Source of the DNA: Octopus vulgaris
Lineage: Eukaryota
DNA length: 64,000 bases
Direction: 5' to 3'
NCBI GenBank assembly: GCA_951406725.2
Contig: OX597821.1
Span: 104,532,001-104,596,000, forward strand
Part shown: positions 27,075 through 41,034 of the stretch, piece after piece
Layout: the number at the start of each line of letters is the position of its first letter
Numbering within the stretch: the first letter of the stretch is position 1
Notes under the pieces: model-generated
What the model was told of the DNA's origin: nothing
The model's input: only the letters and a program-made list of their open reading frames with translations
Database searches by the model: none
Program-made: the position numbers and the translations under genes

Positions 27075-30000
27075 TCATCATCATCATCATCATTTAGCGT
27101 CCGTTTTCCATGCTAGCATGGGTTGGACTGTTTAACTGGGGTCTGTGAAGCCGGAAGGCTTCATCAGGCCCAGTCAGATTTGGCAGTGTTTCTACGGCTG
27201 GATGCCCTTCCTAACGCCAACCACTCCGCGAGTGTAGTGGGTGTTTTTTACGTGCCACCTGCACAGGTGCCAGACAGAGCTGGCGAACGGCCACGAACGG
27301 ATGGTGTTTTTACGTGTCACCGGCACGGGGCCAGGCAATGCTGGCAACGACACGAACGGATGGTGCTTTTACGTGCCACCGACACGGGGCCAGACAGAGC
27401 TGGCAAACGGCCACGAACGGACGGTGCTTTTACGTGTCACCTGCACGGGGGCCAGCCGAGGCTGGCTACGAACACGAACGGATGGTGCTTTTACGTGCCA
27501 CGGACACGGGGCCAGACAGAGCTGGCAAACGGCCACGAACGGACGGTGCTTTTACGTGTCACCGGCACGGGGGCCAGCCGAGGCTGGCAACGGACACGAA
27601 CGGACGGTGCTTTTATGTGCCACCGACACGGGGCCAGACGGAGCTGGCAAACGGCCACGAACGGACGGTGCTTTTACGTGTCACCGGCACGGGGCCAGGC
27701 GAGGCTGGCAACGAACACGAACGGATGGTGCTTTTACGTGCCACCGACACGGGGGCCAGACAGAGCTGGCAAACGGCCACGAGCGAATGGTGCTTTTACG
27801 TATCACCGACACGGGTGCCAGACGAGGCTGACAGTGGACACGAACAGATGGGTCACTTAACCCCTGCTTTCTGATATATGATTTGATTTTGATTGTTCTC
27901 ACTGGTCTTGCCGGGTCTTCTGACGCACAGCATACTTCCATAGGTCTCGGTCTCTGGTCATTTCCTTGGTGAGACCTAGAGTTCGAAGGTCGTGCTTCAC
28001 CACCTCGACCCAGGTTTTCCTGGGTCTACCTCTTCCACAGGTCCCCTCAACTGCCAGGGTGTGGCACTTTTTCACACACCTATCTTCATCCATTCTCGCC
28101 ACATGACCATACCAGCGCAATCGTCTCTCTTGCACACAACATCTGATGCCTCTTAGGTCCAACTTTTCTCTCAAGGTACTTACACTCTGTCGACCATGAA
28201 CACTGACATTACACATCCAACGGAGCATACTAGCTTCATTTCTCGCGAGCTTACGCATGTCCTCAGCAGTCACGGCCCATGTTTCACTGCCATGTAGCAT
28301 GGCTGTTCGTACACATGCATCATACAGTCTGCCTTTTACTCTGAGCGAGAGGCCTTTAGTCACCAACAGAGGTAAGAGCTCCCTAAACTTTGCCCAGGCT
28401 ATTCTTACTCTAGCTGTTACACTTTCAGCACACCCACCCCCACTACTGACTTGGTCACCAAGATAACGGAAGCTATCAACTACTTCTAGTTTTTCCCCCT
28501 GGAAAGTGACGGAAGTTTTTTCTGCAGATTTTCAGAGGTTAATGCTCCCGAGCATCTGCCACATACAAAAACCATCTTCCTAGTTAGCCTTCCTATGACA
28601 TTGCTGCACCTCTTATGTGTCCATAGCTTACACTTGGTGCATCTTATAGAGTTTCTACCTACACCTTTTCTACAGATCGAGCAGGGCCATCTACCTGAAG
28701 GCGTTTGTGATTTGTCTACCTTCCTACTTATTACGACTTTGGTTTTAGCTAGGTTGACTCTAAGGCCCTTCGATTCTAAACCATGCTTCCACACCTGAAA
28801 CTTCTTCTCCAGTTCTGATAATGACTCAGCAATTAGAGCAAGGTCATCAGCATAGAGGAGCTCCCAGGGGCATCCTGTCTTGAATTCCTCCGTTATTGCC
28901 TGGAGGACTATGATAAATAGGAGGGGGCTGAGGACTGAATCTTGGTGGACCCCTACCTCTACCCGGAATTCTTCACTGTACTCATTGCCAACCCTCACCT
29001 TACTAGCAGCATCCCTGTACATGGCTTGCACAGCTCTCACTAACCATTCATCTATTCCTAGTTTCCTCATTGACCACCAGATGAGGGATCGGGGGACCCT
29101 GTCGAAGGCTTTCTCCATGTCAACAAAAGCCAGGTACAGGGGCTTATCTTTGGCTAGGTATTTCTCCTGCAGCTGCCTTACCAGGAATATAGCATCAGTG
29201 GTACTTTTCCCTGGCACGAACCCAAACTGCATCTCATCTAAACTAACTCTCTCTCTAATTAGTTGGCTTATGACCCTCTCTGTAACCTTCATCACCTGAT
29301 CCAACAGCTTGATACCTCTGTAATTATTTGTATCTAGGGCATCACCTTTACCTTTGTAGCAGTTGACTATTATGCTGCTACACCAGTCATTGGGTATGAC
29401 TCCTTCATGTATCACCTGATTAACTATACAGGTGACTAGGCTATAGCCGACACTACCAGATATTTTGAGCATCTCTGCAGTGATACCTGATGGGCCTGGG
29501 GCTTTCCCTGTCTTCATGCTTCTAATTGCCTTAGCTACCATGGAACTATCAACACTTTATCCCATTCATTTTCTTTATTCAGCAACCTTTCATAGTGGCG
29601 TCTCCAAGCCTCTCTCTTTGCATCTTCATTTAGCGCAAGTGAACCATCTTCCATGCGAACACACTTCTCTCCTACCACATCACAATTCTCTCTCACACAC
29701 TGTCTTGCAACGCGAAACACCTCCAGTCTTTGGTCCTCACGGCGCAGAACATTGGCAATTTTTTTCTTATCTGCTTCCCCTCTGGCTAGATAGACCTGCC
29801 TCCTAGCTTCCCTTTTAGCAGTCTGATACAATTCCCTGCTACCCCCATTCTTCCAGTGCTTCCAAGTCTGTCTCTTTTCTCTAATAGCCCTGTCTACAAC
29901 ACTGTTCCACCACCACGTTACCTTGGGACGAGAGGGGACTTTGCACCAGCCACAGATCTGGTCAGTGGCTCTCAGCAGGTTGTCCCTTAGAAACGTCCAG

Positions 30001-30696
30001 TTGCCCTCTACCCCATGTGATACTCTATCCCCTTCTACTTCGTCAAAGGCTTCAAGTAACATGTCTCTAAATCTCTGTCCATTCGCAGGATCCTTAAGCT
30101 TCCAGATCCTTCTTCTCCATGTTGGTCGTCTTCTGGTTGTCCTCCTACTCCTGATCCTAAAGTCACTAACTACCAGTCTATGTTGTGGGGTACATTCTTC
30201 GCCTGGGAAGGTTTTGGCATTTATAAGTAGCCATCTCTCCCTTTGCTTGGCAAGGATGTAGTCAATTTGGCTGGTATGTTGGCCCGATCGGTAGGTGACT
30301 AGGTGGCTGGTAGGTTTCCTGAAGTTAGTGTTGCAAATCGTAAGATTATTTGCATCGCAGAACTCCAGCAGCCTGGTTCCCTCCTCGTTGCGGGAACCAG
30401 AGCTATAGCCTCCATGTACGCCATGGAAGCCCCCAGCATGTCGTCCAACGTGACCATTGAAGTCACCAGCCACAAAGAGATGGTCTCTGTCGTTCGTCAA
30501 CGAGGTAGTCTGCAGTAGAGTGTCATAGAATCGGTCTTTCTGTCCATCAGGTAGCCCCGACTGAGGAGCATAGGCTGATATAATGGTTGCTACACTATGA
30601 TGAAGCGCTAATCTAATCTTAAGTATTCTGTCGCATACTCTGATTACCTCAATTACTTTATCTACCCACATACTCTGATTACCTCAATTACTTTAT

Positions 30697-30702
<6 letters not shown>
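27071..30702 (-). mobile_element. RTE-clade LINE, 5'-truncated, with (GAT)n tail, inserted in (TA)n
   Basis: Endonuclease 30671-29535 (SAYAPQ, AGDFNGHVG, SQIDY, PQHRLVV); RT 29541-28486 (QFGF, FVDMEKAFD, LLYADD); C-terminus 28366-27899 (RRLRWYGHV, RGRPRKTW); two frameshifts. Confidence 0.95.
27245..27850. repeat. GC-rich ~60-bp minisatellite (about 10 units) in the LINE 3' region
   Basis: Unit cttttacgtg(t/c)caccg(g/a)cacggggccag..gctggcaa..cacgaacgga(t/c)ggtg. Confidence 0.95.
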
Positions 30703-30757
<55 letters not shown>

Positions 30758-30769
30758 AATAAAATAAAT

Positions 30770-30909
30770 TCACCCTTTTAAATCCTAGCCAGGCTCATGG
30801 GCCCGGTTTTCCGGTTTCTATGGCCTAGGTGTTCCCCGGCTGGACGGGACGCTAGTCCATCGCAGCGTAACTCATTTTTGCCAGCTGAGTGGACTGGAGC
30901 AACGTGAAA
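30770..30909 (-). mobile_element. SINE family D variant, 3' part
   Basis: Matches 37600-37740. Confidence 0.8.
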
Positions 30910-30914
30910 CTCCA

Positions 30915-31004
<90 letters not shown>

Positions 31005-32066
31005 CATACATACATACAATAAGATAAGCGTACGTCGCGTGAATACACAAACACCGCATACTCTCTCTCTCTCTCTCTTTTGCTACTACCTTTCTCTCTG
31101 TCTCTCCCTCTTTCCCTCTGTCTCTCTCAGACACAAACACCTTTTTTTCAGTGAGTTCAATGATAGAATTCGAAACCACAACCCAATGTGCAGCAGTGAC
31201 TGGATCAATCCTTTTCGCTGGAGACAGAAATGCGAACTTCTTATCGACGCACCCATGTTCGTGATATGTCTTTTGATAGTCACATAAAGATACATTTCTT
31301 GCTATATCAATGATATATACATGAAACATGATGTTGATTCTCGGTTGAAGACATTTTATAACATTTGTATCTGTCATATAAATGCTGGACCTGCCGATAA
31401 TTCGATAAGAAACCAATATTCCTGATCCGATTCTGCTGTATTATATTTCAGTTGTTCCACTAGAAATCTTGTTTCTGAAAATATGTGAGGTCGTATGAGA
31501 TTTTTATGCACGTCAGATGAGCGTATTCTGAACATTATTTATATCCTCTGTTGGTATAATATTACGTTAGTTGAATCAGCAATGAATATGTAAAACAATG
31601 ATATATTCCGTTAACGCCTGACGAGGAATACTGCAAAGTTTCGAAGCAAAATTGAGTGAAGCGAAACTAAAAACAATATATCTTAATTCAGTTGACTAAA
31701 TGAATTTTGCAGCATCTTACTTATCGCTTGGCGCTTCCATGACGCAAAAGTTTGTCACAAGTAAAATATCATCGAACTACATGGATATACAGCATTATTC
31801 TCTTGTAGGAAATTTTAGTATGAATGTTGATGTTTAGCAGCAGGTCAGCTCCAACAGAGCAGACCTCTGATAATGAAAAGCATTTCATTCAATGTCTCTC
31901 TTTCTCTCGGGCATTCAGGATATAGAACTACATTAAACGATGCGATCTTCATGTTTCAAGATGTTAGGTTCTAATTTAAATAAAATTCAGTAAAAAAAAA
32001 CTCTAACAATTTCCTCTTAAATTACATAGGATACCTTCGATGTCTTAAACAATGTTGTACATTATA

Positions 32067-32620
32067 GGTGCAGGAGTGGCTGTGTGGTAAATAGCTTGCT
32101 TACCAACCACATGGTTCCGGGTTCAGTTCCACTGCGTGGCACCTTGGGTAAGTGTCTTCTACTATAGACTCTGGCCAACCAAAGCCCATCGTATATATAT
32201 GTGTGTATATATCTGTATATATATATATATATATATATATCTGTATATATATATATATATATATGTATGGGTGTGTATGTGTTTGTGTCTGTTTTCCCAT
32301 CCCCCCCCAACATCGCTCGACAACCGATGCCGGTGTATTTACGTCTCTGTAACTTGGCGGTAGGTCAACGAAGACCGATGGAATAAGTTCTGGGCTTGCA
32401 AAGAATTGGTCCTAGGGGGACGATTTGCTCGACGAAAACGTGGTGTTCCAGCATGGCGGCAGTCAAATCGCTGAAACAGGTAAAAGAATAAAAGAATAAA
32501 AGTATTAGGCGAAGGCGTGGCTGTATAGTAAGACGCTTGCTTCCTGACCACACGGTTCTGGGTATAGTCCCACTGTGTGGCGTCTTGGGCAGTTGTCTTC
32601 GGCTATAGCCTCGGTTGACC
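32067..32620 (+). mobile_element. SINE family A full copy followed by a second head (32508-32620)
   Basis: Family A motifs repeated in tandem. Confidence 0.9.
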
Positions 32621-33532
32621 ATAACTGCAACTCATCTGAAGTGCTCTGGGGCTATATAGAAAAAAGTAATCAGTAGACATAACAACAAAATCTAATTAAT
32701 CACTCGAACCAAAGGGCGGGGTTCTTCAGAAATAGCAGAGAAATCAATATATAAGCATGCGTTACTTCTTTCGAAAATATTGTAAGCACTAAGGCAGTAT
32801 TTCTGAGGGAGCTAAATATGGAATTCTAGCATATTCTTTGCATAGATGCAAATTTGAACATGAAGAATATAAATGAGAATTTTGTTCAGTAATCATGGAA
32901 ATATCGACAAACTATGATTCGAACCTAACAGAATGGAAATGACCTCATATAAGACTACTATATAAAGGAGGGATAAAATATATTATTAGAAATTGATACG
33001 AGAGAAGAAAGATCTATTCTTACTCAGCAAAAAGGTAATATATTGATCGCAAATGAAAAGTGAAGAAGCCAAAATTAAAAAGAAGTAAAAAAAGGAACCT
33101 GGAATTCAGCGAACGACGAACCAACTCAATTTATCAAAGTTATATTGAATAAGATGATTGAAAACCGAGTTCGCTGTTTTCATGAGTATAAGTTATTTGA
33201 AACCAATAGTAAAAACGTGTGCTGAGATATAATCAGATATCGAATGAATCTAGGCGAAAATATCGCACTAAAATGCATGGCAAAACAACGGCACACAGTA
33301 AATTAAGTGGAATAAAAAAACAACAGGGCTACAGTCAGTCATGGCTGGGAAATTATTATCGACCTGGGTTATCGGGATATCAATAATGACGAAAGAAGAT
33401 GAATTAAACTTCCTAGAATTGATATAAAAAATGCATTACCTGGCAATACACACCTTATATATTTATATATTTATATATGCATATATGCATATATATATGT
33501 ACATACATATATATGTATATATATGCATATAT

Positions 33533-33720
33533 GGGTACAGGATGTCAAAAAACGTAAGCAATATGAAATACGAAGACAAACATGGGTATGCAACCCAACT
33601 AGAGAAACAAGTGGAAAACAAGACAGATAATATAAAGAACGACCCTTCATCAGTTGTCGGTTATCCATCTATTCCTCATTTGCCAGGGTCAAAGTTAGTA
33701 ACAAAAACAGGACAGTGGAG
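33533..33720 (-). mobile_element. pLTR-like unit in (TA)n with a partial hammerhead core
   Basis: CTGATGA on the minus strand at 33647-33653; matching GAAA arm not clearly found. Confidence 0.4.
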
Positions 33721-34692
33721 ACATATAAATATATATATTTCAATACGGAGCAAATAATTTAATGGAAAAATAATTCACGAAAAAGTCATTTGCGAAAATA
33801 TCATTGATTATATTATTTTCTAGTGTAACAATTTTAAAATGATAACAGAATCAATAATATAGGTAATTACAAGCTTCTAAAACGCATTAATTAGCTGAAG
33901 GAATAAAATTAATAAAAGGTCACATTAGGTATGTTTGACCTCGGGAAATAACAGTCAAAACCGTTATATAAATCGCCAAAAACACTGATGATAACTACAG
34001 AAATCAATCATCCGATGGCAAACGGGCTAAGACAATCTCTTAGCATACATTCAAGTATTTGGACTCACATGGACAAATTTCTAGAGTGGCATAATAGACC
34101 GATGTTCCTCAACAGGAAGGCGAATATGTTCTTTGATTAATTATATATGTACATACGAGGAGAAGCTGTGAAATTTCTGGCTATACGTGCTTAGAAAAAC
34201 TAAGGAACAGCCGCAATGTATGTGAGAGAGAAATGCATTGAATAAAACCATAGTTAACTGATCCTCCAGTACTTTCTTTTACGCAAAGAGAGGAACTTTT
34301 TATACATAACAACTGAAATATTAATGTTTTCAAATTGTTTGGTAAGTTGCTAGCAATTCTTGGGATGGCATGTAGTCGGACACATCAGTACTTGAGTGGT
34401 ACAATGTTCTGTTGTCTAGGAAAATATGAAGCATAAAACTTACTTCAATGGTATTTGAACTCAGAGTATAAACTTTATAGAGAGACAAAACAACTACCGC
34501 GAAGCATTTTTTCCGACTGGGTAACTTCTCTTTCAAGCCGTCTGCTTAATAGTTATGATGATAATGATGATGATGACGATGATGAGGAGGAGGATAAGGA
34601 TGATGATTATGATGATGCCTCAATTTAAGTACCTAATTAAACTGCATCTTAATTGTATTTTATATATATGTGTGTATATGTGTGTGCATGCG

Positions 34693-34738
<46 letters not shown>

Positions 34739-35490
34739 TATATACATATATATACATACATATATATAAATATATACTTACATACATACACACATATATA
34801 TATATTGTTGAAATTTATAGGAAAACATGACGAGGACGGGTGTATGAACAATAAGCAAGTGTATTAGCTTGACGCTCGGGAAAATAAAAAAGTCTTTTAT
34901 GTTTCGAGTCTACGCTCTTCAACAGAAAGGAAAAGAGAATATAAACCGCACATGTACGCGTGAGTTTGAGTATTTGTCTGTGTATGTGTACACACAAAAT
35001 TATGAACCCATATGCAACTGCCTTGTTCGTATAAATATTTTCGTCGTGCATAAATTGGTAATATTGACGTTAATATATGTTTGGCAATAACAATAACTTG
35101 AATGACTTTAATTGGAAATTCATTAGTTTTTCTTCTTATGTCCACGGTAGCGCAGCAGCTAATCACATAATGATGTTCGTACGAACTCATACACACCCTT
35201 CCCACACACACATATGCTCGCATAAACACAGGCATATGCGCACAGAAACATGCAGAAATTTATATTCGTTAACATTTCTGTCCATTTAAGTATATACTTT
35301 CAACCGTACTTCTTTATTTCCTTTTGAAACGCAGGCGACATTACTTACATATGCATGTAAATACATACATACGTACATGCATAATACATACCTACATACC
35401 TAGATGCATAAATATATACACCCACACCCACAAATACATATATATACATAACACATATATTTCTACATACATATGTATGTGTATATATAC

Positions 35491-35530
<40 letters not shown>

Positions 35531-35539
35531 AAATGTATG

Positions 35540-35570
<31 letters not shown>

Positions 35571-35579
35571 GCATAAATG

Positions 35580-35621
<42 letters not shown>

Positions 35622-35627
35622 TAAATG

Positions 35628-35668
<41 letters not shown>

Positions 35669-35789
35669 CACGCACATTTTTCTACCTCATTTCTTTATTG
35701 ATCAACCGATTTCTAAGTTTCGTATGTCAGTGAACATAATTCAATTTTCTATCGAATTAGTTTAGTTGGACACTGATTGTCAATGACAA

Positions 35790-37180
35790 ATATTAACACA
35801 TATTTCTCCGGAAGTTACTACAATTTTCTCAGCACTTCACATTGTTACTTGATTTCAATATGAACAATATTACGCACCAAGGAACATGTAGTAGACACTG
35901 ACTTACGTTATGTGTCCGTAAGCAGCAGTGACAGTTTTGTTCCATCAGCACAATACGACAGTTCCGCAGTATAATGGGTCTTCTCATGTCCAGATGTCTT
36001 TGCACTTACGGTTGTGAAACCACTAACCCCTACTTTTCTATTCCATACTACATCATACGTTAGTGATACATTATCCATGTTTCCGATCTGACCCACTTCG
36101 TAGTCAGTCTTTTTTCTTGCACTGATTATGATACTGTGAAATTCGATTATTTTGTTATCATAATCTTCAAGCAATTTTTGTGTCATTTTTCTGCGCATTC
36201 TCGTTGCCAGTACGTGTCTAATCATAAATCTGTAACACCAGCTTGATGTGCCACGAAAATCATCGATTTTCGTTGATACTGCAAGACCCGAATTTCTCCC
36301 CACAACTATCCATCAACTCCTTCATCTCTTGCTCCAGTTCTGGCCACTTAGCTACAGTCTGATGCAAGTTACGTTTAAGTCTTGATGCAGGATTCAACAG
36401 ATCTTCTTGTTTATTCCAGCATCGGATAATTTTCTTAGTTGCCGGTGCCCCGAAACGCCTCTCTACAGCCACTGTTGCCATGTTGTTTATCATATTCAGT
36501 CACTTGTAGCATGTATCCGATTGTGTAAGAGTATCTTCTGCATGAGGTTGCCATAGTAACGGCCGTGCTAAAAAGTAAAATCTTCTGAAGTTGCAGATCA
36601 GTTTGTAGGTTCAGGTTTTAACTGGTTAAGCCTATGGCTTTAGAGTGAGTAAGTGATGACTGAACGCATCACGCGTCATCATAGACAGTGATTACGATTG
36701 TATTGATATTAATATTTGCATGTAAGCCCTTTTAACATACCGCAGTTTAAAAAGAGTGACAATACCGACAATGTAGATACATGTGTAAAATATCACTCGT
36801 CTGTTGCCTCGTCTGTTTCCGTAAGCAGCGGTGACAGTTTTGTTCCATCAGCACAACACAATAGTACCGCAGTATAATGGGTCTTCTCATGTCCAGATGT
36901 CTTACATTGTCCAGACGGGAATGGACTTTTGTGATTGTGTATATTTCAAAAACGTTTTACGATACTTTTGATTATTTGCTATTTTAACAAAGTATAATTC
37001 ATACACTTCCCTGAGCTGTCATATACAGGTGTTCATATCACTCTACCATAGATGATTTTCCTCTAGGTTTAGGATATTTCTATAAAACATGTAGCAATCG
37101 GCGTCCAGGACGCAAGGTAGATTTTTGAGACACATTTTTAGGACAAAAAAGTGTCTTCAACATCGGAAAATGTACGGTAT
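35790..37180 (-). mobile_element. pogo-family (POGK-like) DNA transposon relic, internally deleted
   Basis: AKWPELEQE (CENP-B-type HTH), SWCYRFM, QIGNMD, KTSGHEKTHYT..CADGTKL; terminus taccgtacattttccga at about 37179. Confidence 0.85.
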
Positions 37181-37397
37181 ACCATACCCTACTGAATCTA
37201 AAGTTGCCTTATATTATGCCTGTAACGGTGTGAGCTTCCTGTCCAACGTATTATTACATTATTAATACCATTAATAACGGTAATAATACATTTTTATTTA
37301 AAAGCTATTCCTACTCATGATAGTTTTTTTTTTAAAACGGAGTGGGACGTTTAAAGTAGGGAACACACACGAGCTAACGTAGTGAATATTATGATAT

Positions 37398-37470
37398 AGT
37401 TAATCCAAACAAGAAAGCAGAAAAAAAACACAACAACGCGAGGACGTGGAAGAAATATAGTATTATACAG
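37398..37470 (-). mobile_element. Truncated copy of the 55622 pLTR-like family
   Basis: agttaatccaaaca..caacaacgcgagga..agtattat shared. Confidence 0.7.
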
Positions 37471-37597
37471 ATATTAAATGCAATAGAGAAATAAAATATA
37501 ATACACTGTAAAATTTTATATAAGATAAGATAACATAACTTAACATAAAAAATCTTTAAAAGACACATTTAAAGCCATGTATTTGTTATGACTTATA

Positions 37598-37826
37598 TCG
37601 TTGCCCTTTTCAAACCTAGCCAGGCTCATGGACCGGTTCCCGGTTTCTGTGGCGTATGTGTTCCCCAGCTGGAAGAGGCGCCAGTCCATCGCAGCGCTAC
37701 TCATTTTTGCCAGTTGAGTGGACTGGAGCAACGTAAAATGAAGTGTTTTGCTTAAGAACACAACGCGTCACTCGATCTTACGATCATGATGCTAACACCC
37801 TAACCACTAAGACACGCGCCTCCACT
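37598..37826 (-). mobile_element. SINE family D variant, full length
   Basis: Head ggaggcgcgtgtcttagtggttaggg; core gttgctccagtccactca; tail ccatgagcctggctagg. Confidence 0.85.
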
Positions 37827-39655
37827 GTGACTTATATATAGTACTGAATTTATAAAATAAATTTCCTATTTGTGTATACAAGTGTATTCGGGACCATGGC
37901 TATAAAGAAAAAATTAAGTTCCATGTAAGGACTGCTAAATTGCAAATATTACAAAAATACTGATTCAAAAATTGATTTTTAGAAGCGTGGACGTTGATAA
38001 TTCAAATATGTATTAGGTACAACAAAATTCAAATTGATACAATAATTAAGTAAAGGAAATTTACAATGGTCATAAAATGTTCTTATGGATCTCCAATAAT
38101 ATTAATCTAAAAATATTTTAATCGAAAATAATCACTGGCTACTGGCCATTTTATAATATAATATCAATACCTATATAATATGTAATATATTGAAAAGAAT
38201 TATGGCAGAGTGGGACATATATTTTATCTAAAATTACCATATATTTGATGAACAAGTATAAATAACTAAAGATATCTTTCATTCTGACACTAAATTCTTA
38301 ATCGATAATTCATTCACTCTGTATTTTACTACAAAATTTACCGATGTTAAACAAATGGATGAAGTTACGATTATTATAAAACGATACCAATTTTTCCATA
38401 ATAAAGATAATAATATTTAAATATATAAAGTATTACAGTTTTAATTACAGAAGGAAATAAATTATGTTAATCCAAAATGTTTTATTCCTTAATTCTTTTA
38501 TGCATATACACATTCAAAAGTATAAAACGTTAGTATATCTACTGAATTTTAATAGATAATCTATTAATAATCAAATATGGATAACTATTCAAAAAGATAT
38601 ATAATTTTATATAATGATAATATATAGTAACTACTCTCATTTATCTATTGTTACTGATATAAACATTATTCTAATTTGAAACGAGTAAAAGTACCGGGTC
38701 ATAGTGCTAGTTTGGTATAAATTTGTTAAATTAAAAATTTGTGGTAATAAAACATACAACGACATATTAAAAAGACGAATTAAAATTCCAGAGAAAAATA
38801 CATAGAAGATAAATATACAAATTTACAAAAATACATAAAAGTTTCGGAGATGCATCAATTAATATGAAGCATATTAGATATTTAAAATTGACACTCCCTT
38901 CGTCAGGATGTTTTTTTAAACACAACACATAGTACACGGAAACAAATGCACAATTACATACCTGCTACATGCGAAAGACCAGGCATTACGTACTCACAAA
39001 AATTTTCCTAGATACCGAATGCTACTTTATAAGCATATAATTCAATCTAGCAGCTATAGTAAATGGTATGAGCACATCTCCATCTGGACTAATTCACTTC
39101 TGCACTCAATTAAATGTTTCATCTTTTAATTTCTCCCATTAATGCAAAGACACATATTCGAGTTCAAATCCTTGATACATTTTATACTAATTGCTATTTT
39201 TCTTTTAATTGTTACATAACGATTTGATTATCATTTTAATAAATTAGAATATATTTAATTACTACTTACTATATTTACTATATTTAACTCAATTGTTATT
39301 ATTACCTCTAATTTTTATTGCAATTTTTATTTCTAAATTTCTTATGGAACGTCGAGTGGATCTTATGCGTACAATATATTTTTATATGATGTTTATATAT
39401 TTATATATTACTATATATTTCTGAACGTCGGGCTTTATGTCTGTTCTGTAGATATAAATGAATATATGAATATATGTATGCGTTTGATCTTTCTGTGGAT
39501 TTTGTAGTGCTTTTGTAGTTGCTGCTCGCACTGCCCCCCTCAGATTAAAACTGAGAATGTGTATACAGCTCATTTGAGCACTACTGTTACAGTCTGTTAT
39601 ATATTATGAGCGTTGTTGTCACTAACGATCTCAAGATATAACTTTATATTTTGTA

Positions 39656-39686
<31 letters not shown>

Positions 39687-39739
39687 CATATGCATACAAT
39701 AGAGAGGTGTTTTTGTTTCACTTTTAACACGTAATACTG

Positions 39740-40280
39740 AAACAGTGGAGAAGATATGATACTGCTGTGGGCTCGCTCTAGGCAAGAAGTTAAACATTTT
39801 TTTGCCCATGATATTACATGGACCCTAAGTAAGGCATGTGTAAAATTTGAATGAAACTGGTTCAGTAAGGCGGCGAAATGCGTTACGTTGTGAGTTCAAA
39901 TTCCGCCGAGGTCGACTTTGCCTTTCATCCTTTCGAGGTCGATAAATTAAGTACCAGTTACGCACTGGGGTCGATGTAATCGACTTAATACCTATGTCTG
40001 TCCTTGTTTGTCCTGTTTGTGTTTAGCCCCTTGTGGGTAATAAAGAAATAGGTTCTGTAGTTCTCAAGTTTTAGGCAATCAGAGTGGAGAAGATATGATA
40101 TTACTTCGGGCTCGCCCTAGGCTAAAAGTTAATATTTTTTGCCGATTACACTCCCCGGACCCTAAGTAAGGCATGCGTGAAATTTGAATGAAATTGGTAG
40201 CGAAGTTATCAAGTTTTAGGGAAACACACAGACAGACAGACAGACAGACATACATTCTCAGTTTTCTATATATATTGATT
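39740..40280 (-). mobile_element. Non-autonomous Helitron-like relic with a ~155-bp tandem duplication
   Basis: Minus strand starts atcaatatatatag..(gtct)n, as in Lep1/DINE-type 5' ends; gtggagaagatatgata..ggaccctaagtaaggcatg..aaatttgaatgaaa occurs twice. Confidence 0.55.
39869..40051 (+). mobile_element. SINE family B nested in the Helitron-like relic
   Basis: gagttcaaattccgccgaggtcgactttgcctttcatcc; imperfect TSD ggttcagta/ggttctgta. Confidence 0.85.
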
Positions 40281-40812
40281 AATGAACCTACAGAAATATA
40301 GCCTGAAATTCCTAATTGCAATAAAAACGTATTTGATCTCAACACGGCAATATATAAAAATATTCATTTGTCATTATTATTATTATCAGTAATTAATATA
40401 TTCTATTTATATATTTATACATGTCTAAGCTTTAATAGAGTGAAGACCGAGTGCTTAAAATTTATAATTTGACATTAACTACGTATATAATAATATATTT
40501 CACAATCGAGACAGATATATTCATTTGTACTTAATACGAAATATCATAAGTTAAGTCACTAAAAAATTTCAGATATCTATATTCATATACTCTTTTAAAA
40601 TTACAAGACTAGTTAAATAAAACCAACTTACACACGATTCAGTATGAAAAACAAAACATATTTTAAACATGATAAAAATTCATCTTGAACAGGGAACTTA
40701 TAACTCGTTAAGGTATAATGACAAATACTGTCACATTATACATTTAGATAAATTTATTGAGACTTTCTTTAATTTATCCATTATGTAATAAACATATGTA
40801 CGAATTAAATAC

Positions 40813-40849
<37 letters not shown>

Positions 40850-40948
40850 CACACACCTATACATACATAAAAATGTATACGCATATATACACAGCCATAT
40901 ATATGTGCACATACATATATCCACAAATACACTCATACACACACACAC

Positions 40949-41034
<86 letters not shown>

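Noticed and set aside
27123-27874. Three overlapping repeat-protein ORFs, or a CRISPR-like array
   Set aside because: Tandem minisatellite with no unique spacers, no cas genes and a eukaryotic context
31612-31670. CTGACGA-ggaat..gtttc-GAAGC hammerhead-like motif
   Set aside because: GAAA box broken; stems I and III do not form
32640-33420. Possible LINE endonuclease relic
   Set aside because: Too degenerate to support
38680-38712. Helitron-like 3' end (ccgggtcatagtgctagt)
   Set aside because: Subterminal hairpin not intact and no matching 5' end
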